Assembly: GCA_963701095.1 (NCBI GenBank)
Contig: OY969564.1
Location: 384,001 to 448,000 of the forward strand
DNA from: an uncultured Methanoregulaceae archaeon
GTDB taxonomy: Archaea; Halobacteriota; Methanomicrobia; Methanomicrobiales; Methanospirillaceae
DNA length: 64,000 nucleotides
Reading direction: 5' to 3'
Under the pieces are notes generated by a model. It was not told the DNA's origin. It saw nothing but the letters and a program-made list of their open reading frames with translations, and did not search any database. Positions 13,101 to 25,235 of this stretch are shown piece by piece. Position 1 is the first letter of the stretch. Each line of letters opens with the position of its first letter. A program made the translations under genes and the position numbers.

Positions 13101-14634
13101 TGATCTCGAAAACCGAATTCTTCTTCCTGATGGCACACCAAAATATATCCGGGCACAAGGTCAGGCTGAGAAAAGGAAAGGCAAAATCGGCAAGCTTTGG
13201 GGTACGATACAGGACATCACCAGTATAAAGAAAGCCGAAGAAGCCCTACGGGAGAGTGAAGAGCGGTACCGGAACGTTGTTGAGAGCCAGACCGAGTTTA
13301 TCTCTCGGTTTTTACCAGACGCTACACATGTTTTTGTCAACGAGGCCTACTGCCGGTATTTTGGTCTCTCCCGTGACCAGATCATCGGTCACAGGTTCAG
13401 GCCACAGATTCCCGCCGCAGACCAGGAACGAATGAAACGGTTCTTTGAATCGTTAACTCAAGAACACCCGGTCGATACTATCGAACACCGTATTGTCATG
13501 CCAGACGGCAGTATACGATGGCAGCGGTGGAATGATCGTGCGATCTTTGATCCCAACGGAAATGTGATTGAATACCAGTCTGTTGGTCGGGATATTACCG
13601 AGACAAAAGAAGCTGAGGCAGCTTTACAGGAAAGTGAACATCGGTTCCGTGAACAATACCAGAATAACCCTCTCGCCATTTGCACCTGGCAGCATCAAAA
13701 GGGGGATTTTGTCCTCGTCGATTGCAACCCGGCAGCACAAAACCTCACCAACGGGCGATCCAATGAACTCATTGGAAGAACCGCATCTGAACTGTATGCA
13801 AAACGTCCTGAAATCCTCTCTGTTATCCGCCAGTGTATTTCCGAAAAGAAGGTGATCACCAAGGAACTCGTCTCTGAGAACTTCCTGCCCGGAAGACTGA
13901 TCAGTTCTACTGCATCTCCAGTCCCTCCGGACAAGATTATGGTGCATATACAGGATATCACTGATCGCGAACGTGCAGAGTCCGCGATTCGGCAGGCCAA
14001 TAGGCAACTTAACCTCCTGACCAGCATTACACGGCATGACATCCTGAATAATATCTCTGCAATACAGGCTTATCTTATCATAGCGAAGAAAAAAGAACCT
14101 TCTCCCGAGGTAAGCACAATCATCGATAAGATTGGAACTACTACTGCGACCATGAAAAACCAGATAGAATTTACCCGGGTATATAAGGATCTCGGTACCC
14201 ACGATCCGCAGTGGCAGGATATTGGAACTATCACCACCCGACTCAGTCCTCCTCCAACACTTGCGATCAACAATGGAATTACGGGGTTGGAGATATATGC
14301 TGATCCTATGCTCGAAAAAGTATTTTCTAACCTGCTCGATAACACCATACGCCATGCAGAAAAGGCAACTGAGGTCGCTCTGTCCTGCCGGAAATTGGCT
14401 GATGACATTATTATCCTGTGGGAAGACAACGGTGTTGGTATACCAAAAGACGAAAAGGAGGATATATTTGCCCGGGGCTATGGGAAAAACACCGGGTTTG
14501 GTCTTTATCTTGTCCGAGAGATACTCGCAATCACCGGAATCAGCATAAAGGAGACCGGAGAGCCTGGTAAAGGTGCACGGTTCGAGATTAATGTGCCGAA
14601 TGGAGCATGGAGAACTGCAGGAACGCAGTTATGA
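10153..14634 (+). CDS. REC-PAS-GAF-multiPAS histidine kinase
   Basis: Receiver, PAS, GAF-like region, several PAS, three [16 protein letters not shown] coiled coils, ITRHD H-box, HATPase. Confidence 0.93.
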   Translation: MPAISLLYVDDDKHLLDVCKMYLEQMGSMKVDTALSAKNALDKLVTTHYDAIVSDYEMPEMNGIDFLKAVRKSYGYLPFIIFTGKGREEIVIEAINSGADFYLQKGGDPDAQFAELSHKIRQAVKSYKADVSLKDSEEKFHQIFNSVNDAIHIHEIDKEGLPGKFTDVNEVACRMLQYKRSDLLKIMPLDLTTEYSSIPVEEIEKKLTSTGQVIFETFYIRNDGQTIPVEINAHVTVLKGKKVVISVVRDLSERIREEKILRTELDLGKDLQKIRNLPEMLETCLSFAIDASGLDAGGVYLVDDITGSLDLIVSRNLGPEFLSSFTKNPAGTQFAQMATTVKSQYFPPDLETPIHKELCKKENLLLFALIPVIVKGHPVACLFVTSHTANEVSEHSRIVLETIATLIGISIEKVRDDETTKSNLVRLETAMEIGNLAWWEMELPQGTIRFDERKAKILRYSPEKFVHYSDFTALLHPNDYEQTMQAMRDHLEGKVSRYYADYRIQDADGNYHWFRDVGGITQSHADGTPKIVSGVVIDLTTSKKLEVELTQKHEELLASFEQLTATEEELHQNYDELEKGYKKLARSEQEFRNLFENIVEGLAVHELVRDANGQVSEYRILSVNPSFERIIGINATKVIGKISCEAYGTDKPPFLEIYTRVAETGKPEVFETYFPPMDKYFRISVYSPGKNQFVTVFSDISKEKRNEEALIQKNTDLEAAYEELTATEEEIRSNLDELTASQQELRKSEEQYRRIVDTANEGIWELDAEFHIIFFNPRMSEILGYSSEEMMGRRITDFVPPKEVSAYEHHLKDRRYGHDGHYEQNFVRKDGSIVILYVSATPVVSKRGAFLGSFAMFSDITERKRAENELKQKNTDLEAAYEELTATEEEIRHNLEELAANEIKLRRSEAHLEAAQKLAQMGSWEFDISSGKISWTAETFRIFNVEPSQGEPTFEELIRYWHPDDLEPFLSAVNDAQEHGVPYDLENRILLPDGTPKYIRAQGQAEKRKGKIGKLWGTIQDITSIKKAEEALRESEERYRNVVESQTEFISRFLPDATHVFVNEAYCRYFGLSRDQIIGHRFRPQIPAADQERMKRFFESLTQEHPVDTIEHRIVMPDGSIRWQRWNDRAIFDPNGNVIEYQSVGRDITETKEAEAALQESEHRFREQYQNNPLAICTWQHQKGDFVLVDCNPAAQNLTNGRSNELIGRTASELYAKRPEILSVIRQCISEKKVITKELVSENFLPGRLISSTASPVPPDKIMVHIQDITDRERAESAIRQANRQLNLLTSITRHDILNNISAIQAYLIIAKKKEPSPEVSTIIDKIGTTTATMKNQIEFTRVYKDLGTHDPQWQDIGTITTRLSPPPTLAINNGITGLEIYADPMLEKVFSNLLDNTIRHAEKATEVALSCRKLADDIIILWEDNGVGIPKDEKEDIFARGYGKNTGFGLYLVREILAITGISIKETGEPGKGARFEINVPNGAWRTAGTQL

Positions 14635-17600
14635 AAGCAGTAAAAAAGAAGAAAATACCACAAAAAAAGGACACTACTACTGCAAGTCCCAAACGATCTT
14701 CATCAGATGAAGATAGGGATGCAATAAGGAAATGTGTTGAAAGATATCGTCTGTTGATAAGCAGTTCCAGCGATATAAGTGCAATTCTTGATCCTTCGGG
14801 AAAAATCCATTACATATCGGATAATGTTAAGAATATCACCGGTTTTCAACCCGATGAATATAAGGGAAAAACAGCACTGGAATTCGTGCATTCCGACGAC
14901 CAGAAAGAGTCTGGATCTGCACTTGAACGAATTATTCGTGGTTTTGAAAGGCATATAACAAAAGAGCTCCGGGTTTGCCGGAATGATGGCGGTTGGGCCT
15001 GGGTCGAAGTACTCGGGACAAATCACATTGATAACCCCGAGATACATGGGGTTGTGCTGAATATCCGTGATATATCTGAACGCAAACAAGTTGAAAATGC
15101 ATTGAAAGAAAGTGAAGAGCGATACAGACTTCTATTCGAGAAATCGCCGGTTCCTTACCAGTCCCTGGATGCTGATGGACGATTCATTGAAGTAAATGAA
15201 GCGTGGCTTCAGGAACTGGGTTATACAAGAGAGGAAGTCATTGGTCACTGGTTCGGGGATTTTATAAGTCCCGAATTTTCTGAGACGTTCCGGATTAATT
15301 TCCCACGATTCAAAGAAGCCGGAGAGACATTTGTAGAATTTGATATGATACGTAAAGATGGCTCTCCGATTACCGTGGCATTTGATGGAAAAATAGGGCA
15401 TTATCCAGATGGTTCGTTCCGGCAGACGCATTGTGTATTCCAAAATATTACGGAAAGGAAAAAGGCGGAAACAGCGCTGCGTGAGAGTGAGGAGAAGTAC
15501 CGGCTCATAACAGAAAATACCGCAGATACTATTTTTATTTTCGATATGAACCTCCACATGACCTACGTAAGTCCAACCGTGAAAAAACAGCGGGGATTCA
15601 CCGTTGAAGAAGCCATGAAGCAGTCCTTGGATCAAATGCTAACACCAGAATCCATTTCGGCCGTAAAAAAACTCTTTAATGATGAGGTGGCTCGGGAAGC
15701 CACCGGAACTGCTGATCCTGATCGCTCTATTTTTATTGAAACCGATGTTTACTGCAAAGACAGGTCAATTAAACCGATCGAGAATTCCCTGCGTTTTCTG
15801 CGAGATTCTAACGGTCGTCCGTATGCAATCCTAGGTATTTCACATGATATCACGGAGCGTAAGAAGGCGGAACAGGCTCTGAAGGAGAGCGAAAAGAAGT
15901 ACCGGGACATTTACGAGAATGCAGTAACAGGTTTTTTTAAGGCTACCGTTGACGGTCGGATTGTCGAGGTTAATGATGCATATGCCCGCATGTACGGTTA
16001 TTCCAATGCGGCAGAAATGTTAATGGCGGGGTTAAATGCAAACCGTGATCTCTATTCTAACCAGGCTGACTTGAAACAGGCACTCTGTATTCTTAATGAA
16101 AAAGGTAATATAGAAAATTACGAATCCCTGCGCTTAAAGCGGGACGGTACCCGTTTCTGGACCTCGATAAATGCACGAGTTATTCAGGATACTGCGGGTA
16201 AAATTATCCTTTACGAAGGCACATCCATCGACATCACCAATCGCAAACGATACGAGAATACGTTAAAACTCTCAAACAAGATCTTATCGATTTCAAACAA
16301 TAACCAGCATCTGGCTTCCATGCTGGATGATGTCGTGCATGAGATACAAGATTACACCAAATGCGATTCAGTTGGTATCCGTATCCTCGATGCAGAGGGA
16401 AATATCCCGTATCTTGCCTACACCGGGTATACACAATCATTCTACGAAGGCGAAAGCCCGCTTAGTATTAAATCGGATGAATGTATGTGCATCTATGTGA
16501 TACGGGGCGATGTCAACCCCGATCTTCCTGTTATTACACCAAAAAAATCGTTTTACTGTAACGGGACGACAAAATTCCTTGCCGGTGTTTCCGAAGAAGA
16601 TAAAGGAAGGACCAGAAACGTCTGCAACGCAGTTGGTTACGAATCGGTAGCCCTTGTTCCTATAAAACATAAAGATACCATTCTCGGGGTTATCCATATT
16701 GCTGATCACCGTGAGAGGATGGTTCCTCTTGAAATTGTTGAAACTCTCGAAGACATCTCTCAAGTGCTAGGATCTTGCGTCAAACGCTTACAGGTAGAAG
16801 AGAAGACTCAAAATTTATTACTCGCCGTTGACTCGGAAAAAAAGCGATTGACGACCCTGATACAAAGTATCAGCGATGAAGTTTGGTATGCTGATAAACA
16901 GAAAAAGTTTGTTCTTGCAAATCCCTCGGCCTTGAATGAATTCAATTTGAATTCAAATTCTGTGGATATAGAAAATTTTACGAAGAATCTGGAAATATAT
17001 CGGTCTGATGGGAGTCTTCGCCCTCTTGATGAAGCCCCATCATTACGTGCGCTTCGTGGCGAAGTTGTGAGACAACAAGAAGAGATCGTCCGGATTCCTA
17101 GAAGTGGAGAGTTGAGATACCGGCAGGTCAATTCCAGCCCGGTAATAGATCAATCCGGTACTATTATCGGTTCGGTATCTGTTGTCCGGGATATTACCGA
17201 AACCAAACAGATGGAGATGGCGCTTATAGAAAATGAAGATCGGTTCAAGCGCATCTCTTCGATCATGTCTGATTTTGCGTTCTCCTGTTTAGAAAAACCG
17301 GATGGGATCTATACTATCGATTGGATATCCGGTGCGGTCGAACATATTACAGGGTACACTATTGATGAACTGAAAAAATTTGGGTGCTGGCGATATATCG
17401 TCGATGAAAGGGATCTTCACCTTTTTGATAAACATGTCACAGGAATTGAACCGGGATCAACGGGAAGCTGTGAACTGCGAATCCACAAGAAAAATGGCGA
17501 AATCGTATGGTTCTTCTGCAGGACAACCTGTATTTATGACTTCATTCATCCGTCTATAAAACGTCTGTATGGTGGATGCCGGGATATCACCGAACGTAAG

Positions 17601-18278
17601 AAGGCGGAAGATCAAATCCGGCAAGCCCTTGCCGAGAAAGAAATCCTTCTCCGCGAACTCCACCACCGGGTGAAAAATAACCTTGCCGGTATCCTCTCCC
17701 TGATTGGGCTTCAATTAAGTCAGGCTCCGGATTCCAATATCGGATCCCAGTTAAAAGATCTTGAAAGCCGGATTCGGAGCATGTCACTGGTTCATGAATT
17801 ACTATACAAAACCAAAAATCTCTCGGAGATTATGTTCCAGGATTATTGTAATAATCTCATCAACTATCTTGTCCAGTCTTATGGAAGCTCTTTAGATATT
17901 AAATGGGAAATTGCGATGGGAGATACAACCTTACCCATGGATTCTGCTATAGTCTGTGGCATGCTTATCACCGAGATTGTCACAAATAGTCTCAAATATG
18001 CATTCCCGCCGGGGTTCTCCCGCTCCGAACGTGATGACGAACCCTGGACGATTACCCTAACTTTGAAGCGTGATGGAGACGCGACTGTAATGACTATAAG
18101 TGACAACGGTATAGGAATACCCAAGAATATTATCGAGAGCCAACCCACAACACTTGGCATGACCCTGATACATCTCTTTGCCAAGAACCAGCTTCAGGGA
18201 GAAGTTGATATCGATAACAAACGGGGGACAAAGTACACTATTACATTCACTCCAAAATACACAGAGGAATATACATGA
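14631..18278 (+). CDS. Multi-PAS/GAF histidine kinase, HisKA_2 type
   Basis: ATGA overlap with the upstream gene at 14631; [11 protein letters not shown]-box, [16 protein letters not shown]; Cys-rich GAF. Confidence 0.92.
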   Translation: MKAVKKKKIPQKKDTTTASPKRSSSDEDRDAIRKCVERYRLLISSSSDISAILDPSGKIHYISDNVKNITGFQPDEYKGKTALEFVHSDDQKESGSALERIIRGFERHITKELRVCRNDGGWAWVEVLGTNHIDNPEIHGVVLNIRDISERKQVENALKESEERYRLLFEKSPVPYQSLDADGRFIEVNEAWLQELGYTREEVIGHWFGDFISPEFSETFRINFPRFKEAGETFVEFDMIRKDGSPITVAFDGKIGHYPDGSFRQTHCVFQNITERKKAETALRESEEKYRLITENTADTIFIFDMNLHMTYVSPTVKKQRGFTVEEAMKQSLDQMLTPESISAVKKLFNDEVAREATGTADPDRSIFIETDVYCKDRSIKPIENSLRFLRDSNGRPYAILGISHDITERKKAEQALKESEKKYRDIYENAVTGFFKATVDGRIVEVNDAYARMYGYSNAAEMLMAGLNANRDLYSNQADLKQALCILNEKGNIENYESLRLKRDGTRFWTSINARVIQDTAGKIILYEGTSIDITNRKRYENTLKLSNKILSISNNNQHLASMLDDVVHEIQDYTKCDSVGIRILDAEGNIPYLAYTGYTQSFYEGESPLSIKSDECMCIYVIRGDVNPDLPVITPKKSFYCNGTTKFLAGVSEEDKGRTRNVCNAVGYESVALVPIKHKDTILGVIHIADHRERMVPLEIVETLEDISQVLGSCVKRLQVEEKTQNLLLAVDSEKKRLTTLIQSISDEVWYADKQKKFVLANPSALNEFNLNSNSVDIENFTKNLEIYRSDGSLRPLDEAPSLRALRGEVVRQQEEIVRIPRSGELRYRQVNSSPVIDQSGTIIGSVSVVRDITETKQMEMALIENEDRFKRISSIMSDFAFSCLEKPDGIYTIDWISGAVEHITGYTIDELKKFGCWRYIVDERDLHLFDKHVTGIEPGSTGSCELRIHKKNGEIVWFFCRTTCIYDFIHPSIKRLYGGCRDITERKKAEDQIRQALAEKEILLRELHHRVKNNLAGILSLIGLQLSQAPDSNIGSQLKDLESRIRSMSLVHELLYKTKNLSEIMFQDYCNNLINYLVQSYGSSLDIKWEIAMGDTTLPMDSAIVCGMLITEIVTNSLKYAFPPGFSRSERDDEPWTITLTLKRDGDATVMTISDNGIGIPKNIIESQPTTLGMTLIHLFAKNQLQGEVDIDNKRGTKYTITFTPKYTEEYT

Positions 18279-19503
18279 CATCAGGAAAAAAAGTCCTTAT
18301 TGTAGAAGACGATGCTCTGATATCAGCAGGACTTTTGCAGACCGTCCGCAGTTTTGGATATGAAACTGGAAAAGTGGTGGCCACAGGAGAAGATGCTGTA
18401 ATCAGTGCCAAAGAAATCAAACCTGATATTATTCTTATGGATATCAAGCTCGCCGGTACTATGGACGGTATCGAAGCGGCGAGAATCATACGAAGCGCAC
18501 AGGATATTCCGGTGATCTATCTGACCGCTTATTCAGATGACGAGCGATTACGGGAATCTCTCCACACAGAACCTTATGGCTACCTCATCAAACCAGTTAA
18601 GAACGATGACCTACGGACAACCCTTGAAATTACCCTCTACAAACACCAGATGGACATCGCACTTCGGGAAAGCGAAGAACGCTACCGGGCGATAATCACC
18701 CAAGCAATGGAAGGAATCGTTCTTTTCGACCGGGATTCGCACACCATCATCGAGACCAATCCTGCATTCAGGGATCTAGTCGGGTACACAGAAAAAGAAC
18801 TTGCAACTATGAATATCTTTAATATCGTCCCTTATCCTCCAGAGACAGTTAAGTCCCTTTTTTCCAAACTTGAGTGCGAATCGCAATGCAGGCTTGGAGA
18901 ACAGAAAATTCGTCGTAAAGACAATTCCCTGCTCGACGTAGAATGCAACTCGAGTTTTATCCGTTACAAAGGGAAAAACATGATCATCTGCGTTATTGCA
19001 CACGATGTGACCGAGCGTAAGCGTGCAGAGTCCGCCCTTTTTGAAGCCAACAAGAAACTGAACCTGCTCTCCTCCATAACCCGTCATGATGTCCTTAACC
19101 AGCTCATGGCGTTAAGAGCATATTTCATTTTAACAAAAAAGAAAATTACCGACCCAGACCTTTCCGATATCATCCATAAAGAGGAAGAAGTACTCGATAC
19201 CCTCGAACATCACGTAATATTCACTCGAGATTACCAGAACCTGGGGATGAAAGGATCAGCATGGCAAAATGTTGATGAGATTGTACGGAAAGTGGCTGCA
19301 ACGCTGCCGATTAATAAAACACGAGTTGAAACTGATCGATCAGACCTTGAATTGTATGCAGATCCACTATTGGAAAAAGTATTTTATAATCTGATTGACA
19401 ATGCCCTCCGCTACGGGGGAGAGCATATGACAACCATCCAGTTTTCCTCTCGTGAAACAGAAAAGGGGTTTATTGTTTTCTGCGAAGACGATGGCGTTGG
19501 TAT

Positions 19504-20764
19504 GGTAGTGTCTCTATAATGCTGTAAAATCAGCACACCCAGTATCCAAAGAGATCATCTCACTCTTCACAGATAAATACCGGTTACCCGTGATCCACTC
19601 CTCATTAATATCGATAAGGATCGAACCGGTAAGTCTTAACAACGAAGCATCATTCGGGAAAGCCCCTATTTTTCTGCTCCGTCGTTTGAGTTCTTTATTA
19701 ACCCGTTCCAGGAGATTAGTAGTCCGGATCTTTTTCCAGTGTTCCGGGGGAAATGCCCGGTAATTCATCAGGCCGTGCTCGAACCGGTAGATGGTATCAG
19801 CAGCCCGAGAGAGCCCGAAATTCTCCAGTTCCTTCGCATAAGCAAGTAAGAGAGCATGATCACTGAGACATTCTTTGAGTCGTTCGGCGATCGACTTGTG
19901 ATATTTTCGGGAGACTTTTCTCAGAACTGCCCGGATAAAATGAACGTGACAAAGCTGCCATGATGAGCCAGGGAACATCCTTTCGGCAGCCGATTGGATC
20001 CCGGAATGTCCATCTGAAATAACGAGATCCACCTTACTGAGACCACGATCCTTGAGGTCGGAAAATATTCCTTCCCAGGTAAGTTCATGTTCCGCATCAG
20101 TGACACGAGCTCCGAGGATCTCCCGGTATCCGTCTTCCCGTACCCTGGCTGACTACGAGAAGAGTCTTCGTTGATGTACTTGACTCCATCTCTTACTTTG
20201 AAGTACGATGCATCGACGAAAAGATACGGAAAGTGTGAGTCGATGGTTCTTTCCATAAACTCCGTGATTTTCACATCGAGTTCCTGTGCTACCTTCGAGA
20301 CGTAGGACGCCGAAATCTGGGTGACGCCCAGATGTGAGATTACTTTCTCGACATTCCGGGTCGATACGCCCTGAAGATACGATTCGATGATCGCGTTCAC
20401 GAGCGCTTTCTCAGCCCGGGAGTATCGTTCGAATACTTTTGTCTCAAACGGGATCTCGCGTAACTGCGGTTTCTGGAGCATGAGATCCCCGAACCGGGTC
20501 TTCAGGGACCTAGACCGGTACCCGTTCCGATGCGCTCTTCTCGAACTCGATCTCGCGTGTTTCGGTACTCCGGCTTGTTGGGCCACTTCCTCGTTCATCA
20601 CATCGTTCAGAAACCACGTGATGAGCTGTTGCATTCCCTTCTCGTTATCGGTAAGATAATTTAGTACGATGTCGTTTAGATTCATTGCCCTGTATTCTCC
20701 TTGTTGCAATCTGATGTTGGATACAGGGCGTCTTCACTTTTTACAGCACTTCGTGTACACTACC
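19504..20764 (-). mobile_element. IS256-family insertion sequence, copy 1
   Basis: 26-bp imperfect TIRs GGTAGTGT-N8-TGCTGTAAAA at both ends; GTTGGTAT duplicated at 19496-19503 and 20766-20773 (9 bp with one mismatch); Mutator-type transposase. Confidence 0.95.
19514..20709 (-). pseudogene. IS256 transposase, frameshifted around 20100-20180 (possibly a sequencing error)
   Basis: Split into ORFs 19921..20709 and 19514..20032; motifs RNGYRSRSLKTRFG, LVISDGHSGI, WQLCHVHF, RTTNLLERVNKELKRR. Confidence 0.88.
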
Positions 20765-21111
20765 GGTTGGTATCGCTGATGATGAAAAAGATCTCATCTT
20801 TGAACATGGATTCGGGAAAAACACCGGTCTTGGACTGTTCTTAGTCAGGGAGGTGTTGGGAATTAACGGTATGACCGTTAAAGAAACCGGTACACCAGGT
20901 AAAGGAGCACGATTCGAGATTACCGTTCCAAAAGGGATGTACCGGCGAGTTGAAGTAACTTAGATCTTTTTGGGTTCTGTCAAGTCTTCGGATGTTGGCG
21001 TTAAGCCTACATCGAAGAAAATATGTCATCTCCCGCAGACTTGACAGAGCCCAGCTTTGTATTAAACGGATTTGTAAGAGAATTCCAACAGAAAATGGAG
21101 GATTTATTTGA

Positions 21112-22074
21112 TCAGGATTTTTTGAACCGCGTGAGAATATAGCTCGTCAGGGTCTTGCCACTGATATTTCGGGTAGATGCATCAACCCGGATAAAGAAGA
21201 ACTCTTCACTACCGGTATCAACAAAGACCGGTTTTTCTGCCGGGGTGATATGCACATGACAAAGTGTTTTTTCCGAGATAACCGGGAATGTGATGTGAAT
21301 ATACTGGCTCGCTGTCTCATAGATCTCAGGAATGTACCGCCGTATTACCGAGTCAATTAGCATTCGCCGGTACCCGTCCGGGTTTCGGTCTTTTTCCAGC
21401 ATTCGGGAATAATCGTCATCGATCCCCACAACCTTTATCATATTTTTTACCCGGTCTTCTTCTATACCTATAATGAGATCTCCACCACTGGAATTCAGGA
21501 AACCGGCAATTGACCTTGCGATAATAAATTTCGAAGCGTTGGTCCGGTATTTTCGCACTTCTGCCGATTCACTAACATCAGCCTCTTCTTTGGAAACCCT
21601 CGTGCTCCAAAGGGCTTTAAACTTAAACTCAACCCTTTCACTTTCCCCGGTGGCGATCATCATCCTGACAGCAATGGTATCATCCTCGGGCACGTTGATT
21701 TGAAGTGCATTCCGTTGTTTGATGACGTAGGAAGAAACCACGGCAATGCCGATAAACAGAAGCGCCTGAAAGATTACGCCACCTACGACAAACACATTTG
21801 GAGTGAGAAAATATGCTGATACCAGCAGGTAAGAAACTGCACAGCCTCCGGCGACATAAATCCCGCGAGAAGGGTAAAAATACGTGGCATAAAGGATTGG
21901 GAAATAGAAAAGCTGCGGGACTATTGAGCCATATCCGGCCGCCATGGAAATATAGGTAACCCCGATGATAGAGGCAGTAATTGAAGCGATAACCCAAAAC
22001 CTGACAAGATCGTTTTGCTGTATTTGAAAGGTGTTCGGTAAACGGTATCCTGGAAGAGCGGGTGTTGGATCCAT
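21112..22074 (-). CDS. 4TM membrane domain fused to a Schlafen/AlbA_2 domain
   Basis: Four hydrophobic helices then GESERVEFK...IAGFLNSSGGDLIIGI...FFIRVDASTR, typical AlbA_2 motifs. Confidence 0.85.
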   Translation of the reverse strand: MDPTPALPGYRLPNTFQIQQNDLVRFWVIASITASIIGVTYISMAAGYGSIVPQLFYFPILYATYFYPSRGIYVAGGCAVSYLLVSAYFLTPNVFVVGGVIFQALLFIGIAVVSSYVIKQRNALQINVPEDDTIAVRMMIATGESERVEFKFKALWSTRVSKEEADVSESAEVRKYRTNASKFIIARSIAGFLNSSGGDLIIGIEEDRVKNMIKVVGIDDDYSRMLEKDRNPDGYRRMLIDSVIRRYIPEIYETASQYIHITFPVISEKTLCHVHITPAEKPVFVDTGSEEFFFIRVDASTRNISGKTLTSYILTRFKKS

Positions 22075-22244
22075 TGTTAATGAGGGCTTAGACTAAGAGG
22101 CTAATAACCATATCTATAGTCGGTGTTGTTGCTTTAATCGATAGTTAGTGATCTGATTGTCGTCAATATTGACCGATTAATTTTCTCGTTGTTGACTGTC
22201 CCCAAAAACAAAGGATCTCAAATCCTCCATTAATCCCCTTTCAG

Positions 22245-22280
22245 TACACCAAAATTAACATAAATGTTAAGGTTGGTGTA
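22245..22280. promoter_or_regulatory. Inverted repeat, probable AbiEi operator
   Basis: TACACCAAAATTAACAT-AA-ATGTTAAGGTTGGTGTA, 17-bp arms with 2 mismatches, ~30 bp upstream of the antitoxin start. Confidence 0.65.
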
Positions 22281-22309
22281 TCTAAGGGGGAAATTGGGAG
22301 AGGAAGGTT

Positions 22310-23068
22310 ATGACAATTGAAATCCTGAAATCAATGGCAAAAGAGAACCAGATCTTTTCTTTTGCACAGATTTACCAGAAAACGCACATCAAAAAAGAGA
22401 TGCTCTGGGTTATCCTCTCCCGCATGGAAGAGAAAGGGTTCATCGAACGGATTGAGAAAGGAAAGTACCTGATCATCCCCTTGGGTAGCGAGAAAGGGAA
22501 ATATACGCTCCATGAGTTCGTCATTGCGTCCTATATCGTAGAACCGTACGCGATCTCATACTGGAGTGCACTCCATTACTACGGGCTCACGGAACAGATT
22601 CCGACCACCGTCTTTGTCCAGACCCCCGCACGTAAAAAGAAGAGCCGGATAGAGATTTTTGGGGTGAATTACCAGATTGTGCGGGTGAAAGAGGACAAGT
22701 TCTTTGGTATCCGCAATGAGTGGATCGAAGAGACCAAGGTCAATGTCACGGATAAAGAAAAAACGATTATTGACTGCCTTGACAAACCACATTACGCTGG
22801 GGGCATAATCGAAATAGCGAAAGCCATGAAGGATAGGTCGCTGAATTACAATAAGCTCATGGAACATGCAGTTAAACTCAACAACTTTGCAGTTATCCGA
22901 AGGCTCGGTTTTCTTTCCGAGAAAATGGGTGTGCCAATTAATCTCCCGCCACCTCGGTCGAACAAATATTTGCTGCTGGACCCTACGATGCCAGCGAAAG
23001 GGGCAAACGATCCTAAATGGCGGCTTGTGATTAATCAGAATATCATCCCGCCGGAGTCACTTGAATGA
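22310..23068 (+). CDS. abiEi: Type IV TA antitoxin, AbiEi family
   Basis: N-terminal wHTH with RIEKGKY, ISYWSALHYYGLTEQIP, VTDKEKTIIDCL. Confidence 0.88.
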   Translation: MTIEILKSMAKENQIFSFAQIYQKTHIKKEMLWVILSRMEEKGFIERIEKGKYLIIPLGSEKGKYTLHEFVIASYIVEPYAISYWSALHYYGLTEQIPTTVFVQTPARKKKSRIEIFGVNYQIVRVKEDKFFGIRNEWIEETKVNVTDKEKTIIDCLDKPHYAGGIIEIAKAMKDRSLNYNKLMEHAVKLNNFAVIRRLGFLSEKMGVPINLPPPRSNKYLLLDPTMPAKGANDPKWRLVINQNIIPPESLE

Positions 23069-23847
23069 TATCAACTCTTGAGATCATGGAGCACTCACGT
23101 GAGCTCGGCGTGCCACCATCAACCATCGAACGAGACTATGCACAGAACTGGCTCCTTGCCGCCTTGCGTCCTATCAATATAGCTCTTAAAGGAGGAACTG
23201 GCATCCGGAAAGTGTTTATTGAAAACTACCGTTTTTCCGATGACCTTGATTTTACTCTCCTTGAGCCGATCGATGCTGTTACAATGCGAGCCGCAGTTCA
23301 CGATGCAGTTATACAGGTTCGCGATGAGAGCGGTATCCAGTTCGAAAATGAACTCAGCTTCCGAGAAACCAAGAACGGTTTTAAGGCAACTGCCCGGTTC
23401 CGGATCCTGAACCGTCACTCTGCATCCCCGGTAAAAATCGATTTGGACCTGACGAGCCCAAATCAGGAGATGGTTTTGCTTCCGGTCAGTATGCGCCCAG
23501 TCTTCCATCCATATTCCGATAGACTTCAGGGATCTATAACATCGTATGCGCTAGAAGAGATTTTGGCTGAGAAGATTCGCTCTATCTTCCAAAGGACCCG
23601 TTCTCGCGATCTCTATGATGTCTGGCAACTCGCAGATCTTGTGAACCGTGAGAATGTGAGATCAATTCTTTACCAAAAATGCGATTACAAAGGTGTTATT
23701 GTAGACACCGCTATGTTAAAAGTCAAGCGGGACCGGTTTGAAGCGGATTGGAGGGTTTCTTTAGGTCATCAAATGAGACAGATACCCGATTTCAATGAGG
23801 CGTTTGATAAAATCCTGGTTGAGATTGAGGATTATTTAAAAGAGTAA
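23065..23847 (+). CDS. abiEii: Type IV TA toxin, AbiEii nucleotidyltransferase
   Basis: ERDY, LKGGT, RFSDDLDF, EILAEKIRS, RSRDLYD motifs; ATGA overlap with the antitoxin. Confidence 0.92.
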   Translation: MISTLEIMEHSRELGVPPSTIERDYAQNWLLAALRPINIALKGGTGIRKVFIENYRFSDDLDFTLLEPIDAVTMRAAVHDAVIQVRDESGIQFENELSFRETKNGFKATARFRILNRHSASPVKIDLDLTSPNQEMVLLPVSMRPVFHPYSDRLQGSITSYALEEILAEKIRSIFQRTRSRDLYDVWQLADLVNRENVRSILYQKCDYKGVIVDTAMLKVKRDRFEADWRVSLGHQMRQIPDFNEAFDKILVEIEDYLKE

Positions 23848-23915
23848 ATAGTCAGCGTTAATGAATCTGATAGGATCGCAGGACTTGAGATTTCATCCAG
23901 AGTATTCTGTTTCAA

Positions 23916-24290
23916 TCAATCGATTCTTTGCGCCATTTCAATTGCAGTACGCAGTTGACGCATATTGTAGGGTTTTAACAGGTACCCGTCGGGTAAGGTT
24001 TGACGAGCGGTGTTCAGGATTTCCGGTTCGTCGTGTGCGGTGACGTAGATAAAAGGGATATCGGTGTTATTAACGAGATGATCACCGACAATGACACCCT
24101 CGGGTTTTCCCTGGAGCATCAGATCTATCAAGACTATGTCAGGGTTTACTTCTTTGATCTTTGCGATTGCGTCCTGAAAGGTTGCAGCCGATCCGGCACA
24201 CGCATATCCCAGTTTTTCTAAAAATGCTTTGAGAAGTTGGGTCTGATCCGCCTCGTCTTCAACAAAAAAAACACGTTTTGGCGCTGTCAT
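23916..24290 (-). CDS. Stand-alone response regulator receiver protein
   Basis: FVEDE, PDIVLIDLML, YVTAH, YLLKPY. Confidence 0.9.
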   Translation of the reverse strand: MTAPKRVFFVEDEADQTQLLKAFLEKLGYACAGSAATFQDAIAKIKEVNPDIVLIDLMLQGKPEGVIVGDHLVNNTDIPFIYVTAHDEPEILNTARQTLPDGYLLKPYNMRQLRTAIEMAQRID

Positions 24291-24560
24291 GGTATCCTCC
24301 TATATCGTTGTTTAGATGCTACTGTTACATCAAACCTGCAACCGTTTACAGGGACGATGAAGTGAAAGTCAATTTAATATAAATTAATCTTTATGATTAA
24401 TAATAAATCTGCATAGTGGTCCGGTAAAATACCAGGTTTGTTTTTTTCTAATTGTGCAATTCTTTCAATTCGTGCTTGAAAACGCCTGTTTATCTAAGTA
24501 CCCGTAGATTCTTTTGTGTCATTTCCGCGTCCGGACACGTGATGACAGAGTTGAACGGCT

Positions 24561-25235
24561 ATGTCATCAGCAACCAGCACCACAATGTCAAATCTCCTGA
24601 CAGCATCCATCACGCTCATCGCAGGATACATGGGGATTACAATCCCCAACGGCACCGCTTTACCCGCAATGGCAGTCATCATTGTTGCCGCAATAGTATC
24701 GCATTTCCATAACAGCAATCTCATATCAGAGATCGAATCTGCATTTGAAGGAACCGCCAATTCATCGCCCCAGACCTCTTCCAATAGTTCGAAGGTAACA
24801 CCTTCTAGCACGCAATCTTCCGTACCTGTAGCAGTTACCCCATCTGTACCAGCACCTCAGACAACTCCGGCACCGTCATCTGCAACCGCTACCGCAGCTT
24901 CGTCATGGATCCAGAATGCTAACGGTACCTATACCAACACGGTCACCGGACGAACATACGCTACACTCGCCCTCGGATATTCCATCGAAGCGACCATTGC
25001 TGCAGCCCAGGCATCGACTGCAGGTACACCACATACGGTCGTTACCCCGAACGGTCAGCAGTTCAGTACCACTTATTCCCAGTACTGGATGGACCCTACC
25101 TACAACACGGCCATCTATGGCACACCCTCTGCTGCTGTGAAAGCGGCATACTCGGATGCCACGTATGCATTTGCCATCGCTCAATACACGATAGGCGCTA
25201 CAACCACGGCCCCGGCCGTTCCGACAACTTCCTAA
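24561..25235 (+). CDS. Hypothetical membrane/surface protein (two N-terminal hydrophobic helices, S/T/P/A-rich linker, Tyr/Thr-rich tail)
   Basis: 224-aa ORF with a coherent composition; no family recognised. Confidence 0.65.
   Translation: MSSATSTTMSNLLTASITLIAGYMGITIPNGTALPAMAVIIVAAIVSHFHNSNLISEIESAFEGTANSSPQTSSNSSKVTPSSTQSSVPVAVTPSVPAPQTTPAPSSATATAASSWIQNANGTYTNTVTGRTYATLALGYSIEATIAAAQASTAGTPHTVVTPNGQQFSTTYSQYWMDPTYNTAIYGTPSAAVKAAYSDATYAFAIAQYTIGATTTAPAVPTTS

Larger units (their letters stand above)
18275..20963 (+). pseudogene. REC-PAS-histidine kinase interrupted by IS256-family element
   Basis: ORF reads ...CEDDGVG up to 19503; after the IS it resumes as IADDEKDLIFEHGFGKNTGLGLFLVRE...RRVEVT, stop TAG at 20961-20963. 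Confidence 0.92.
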
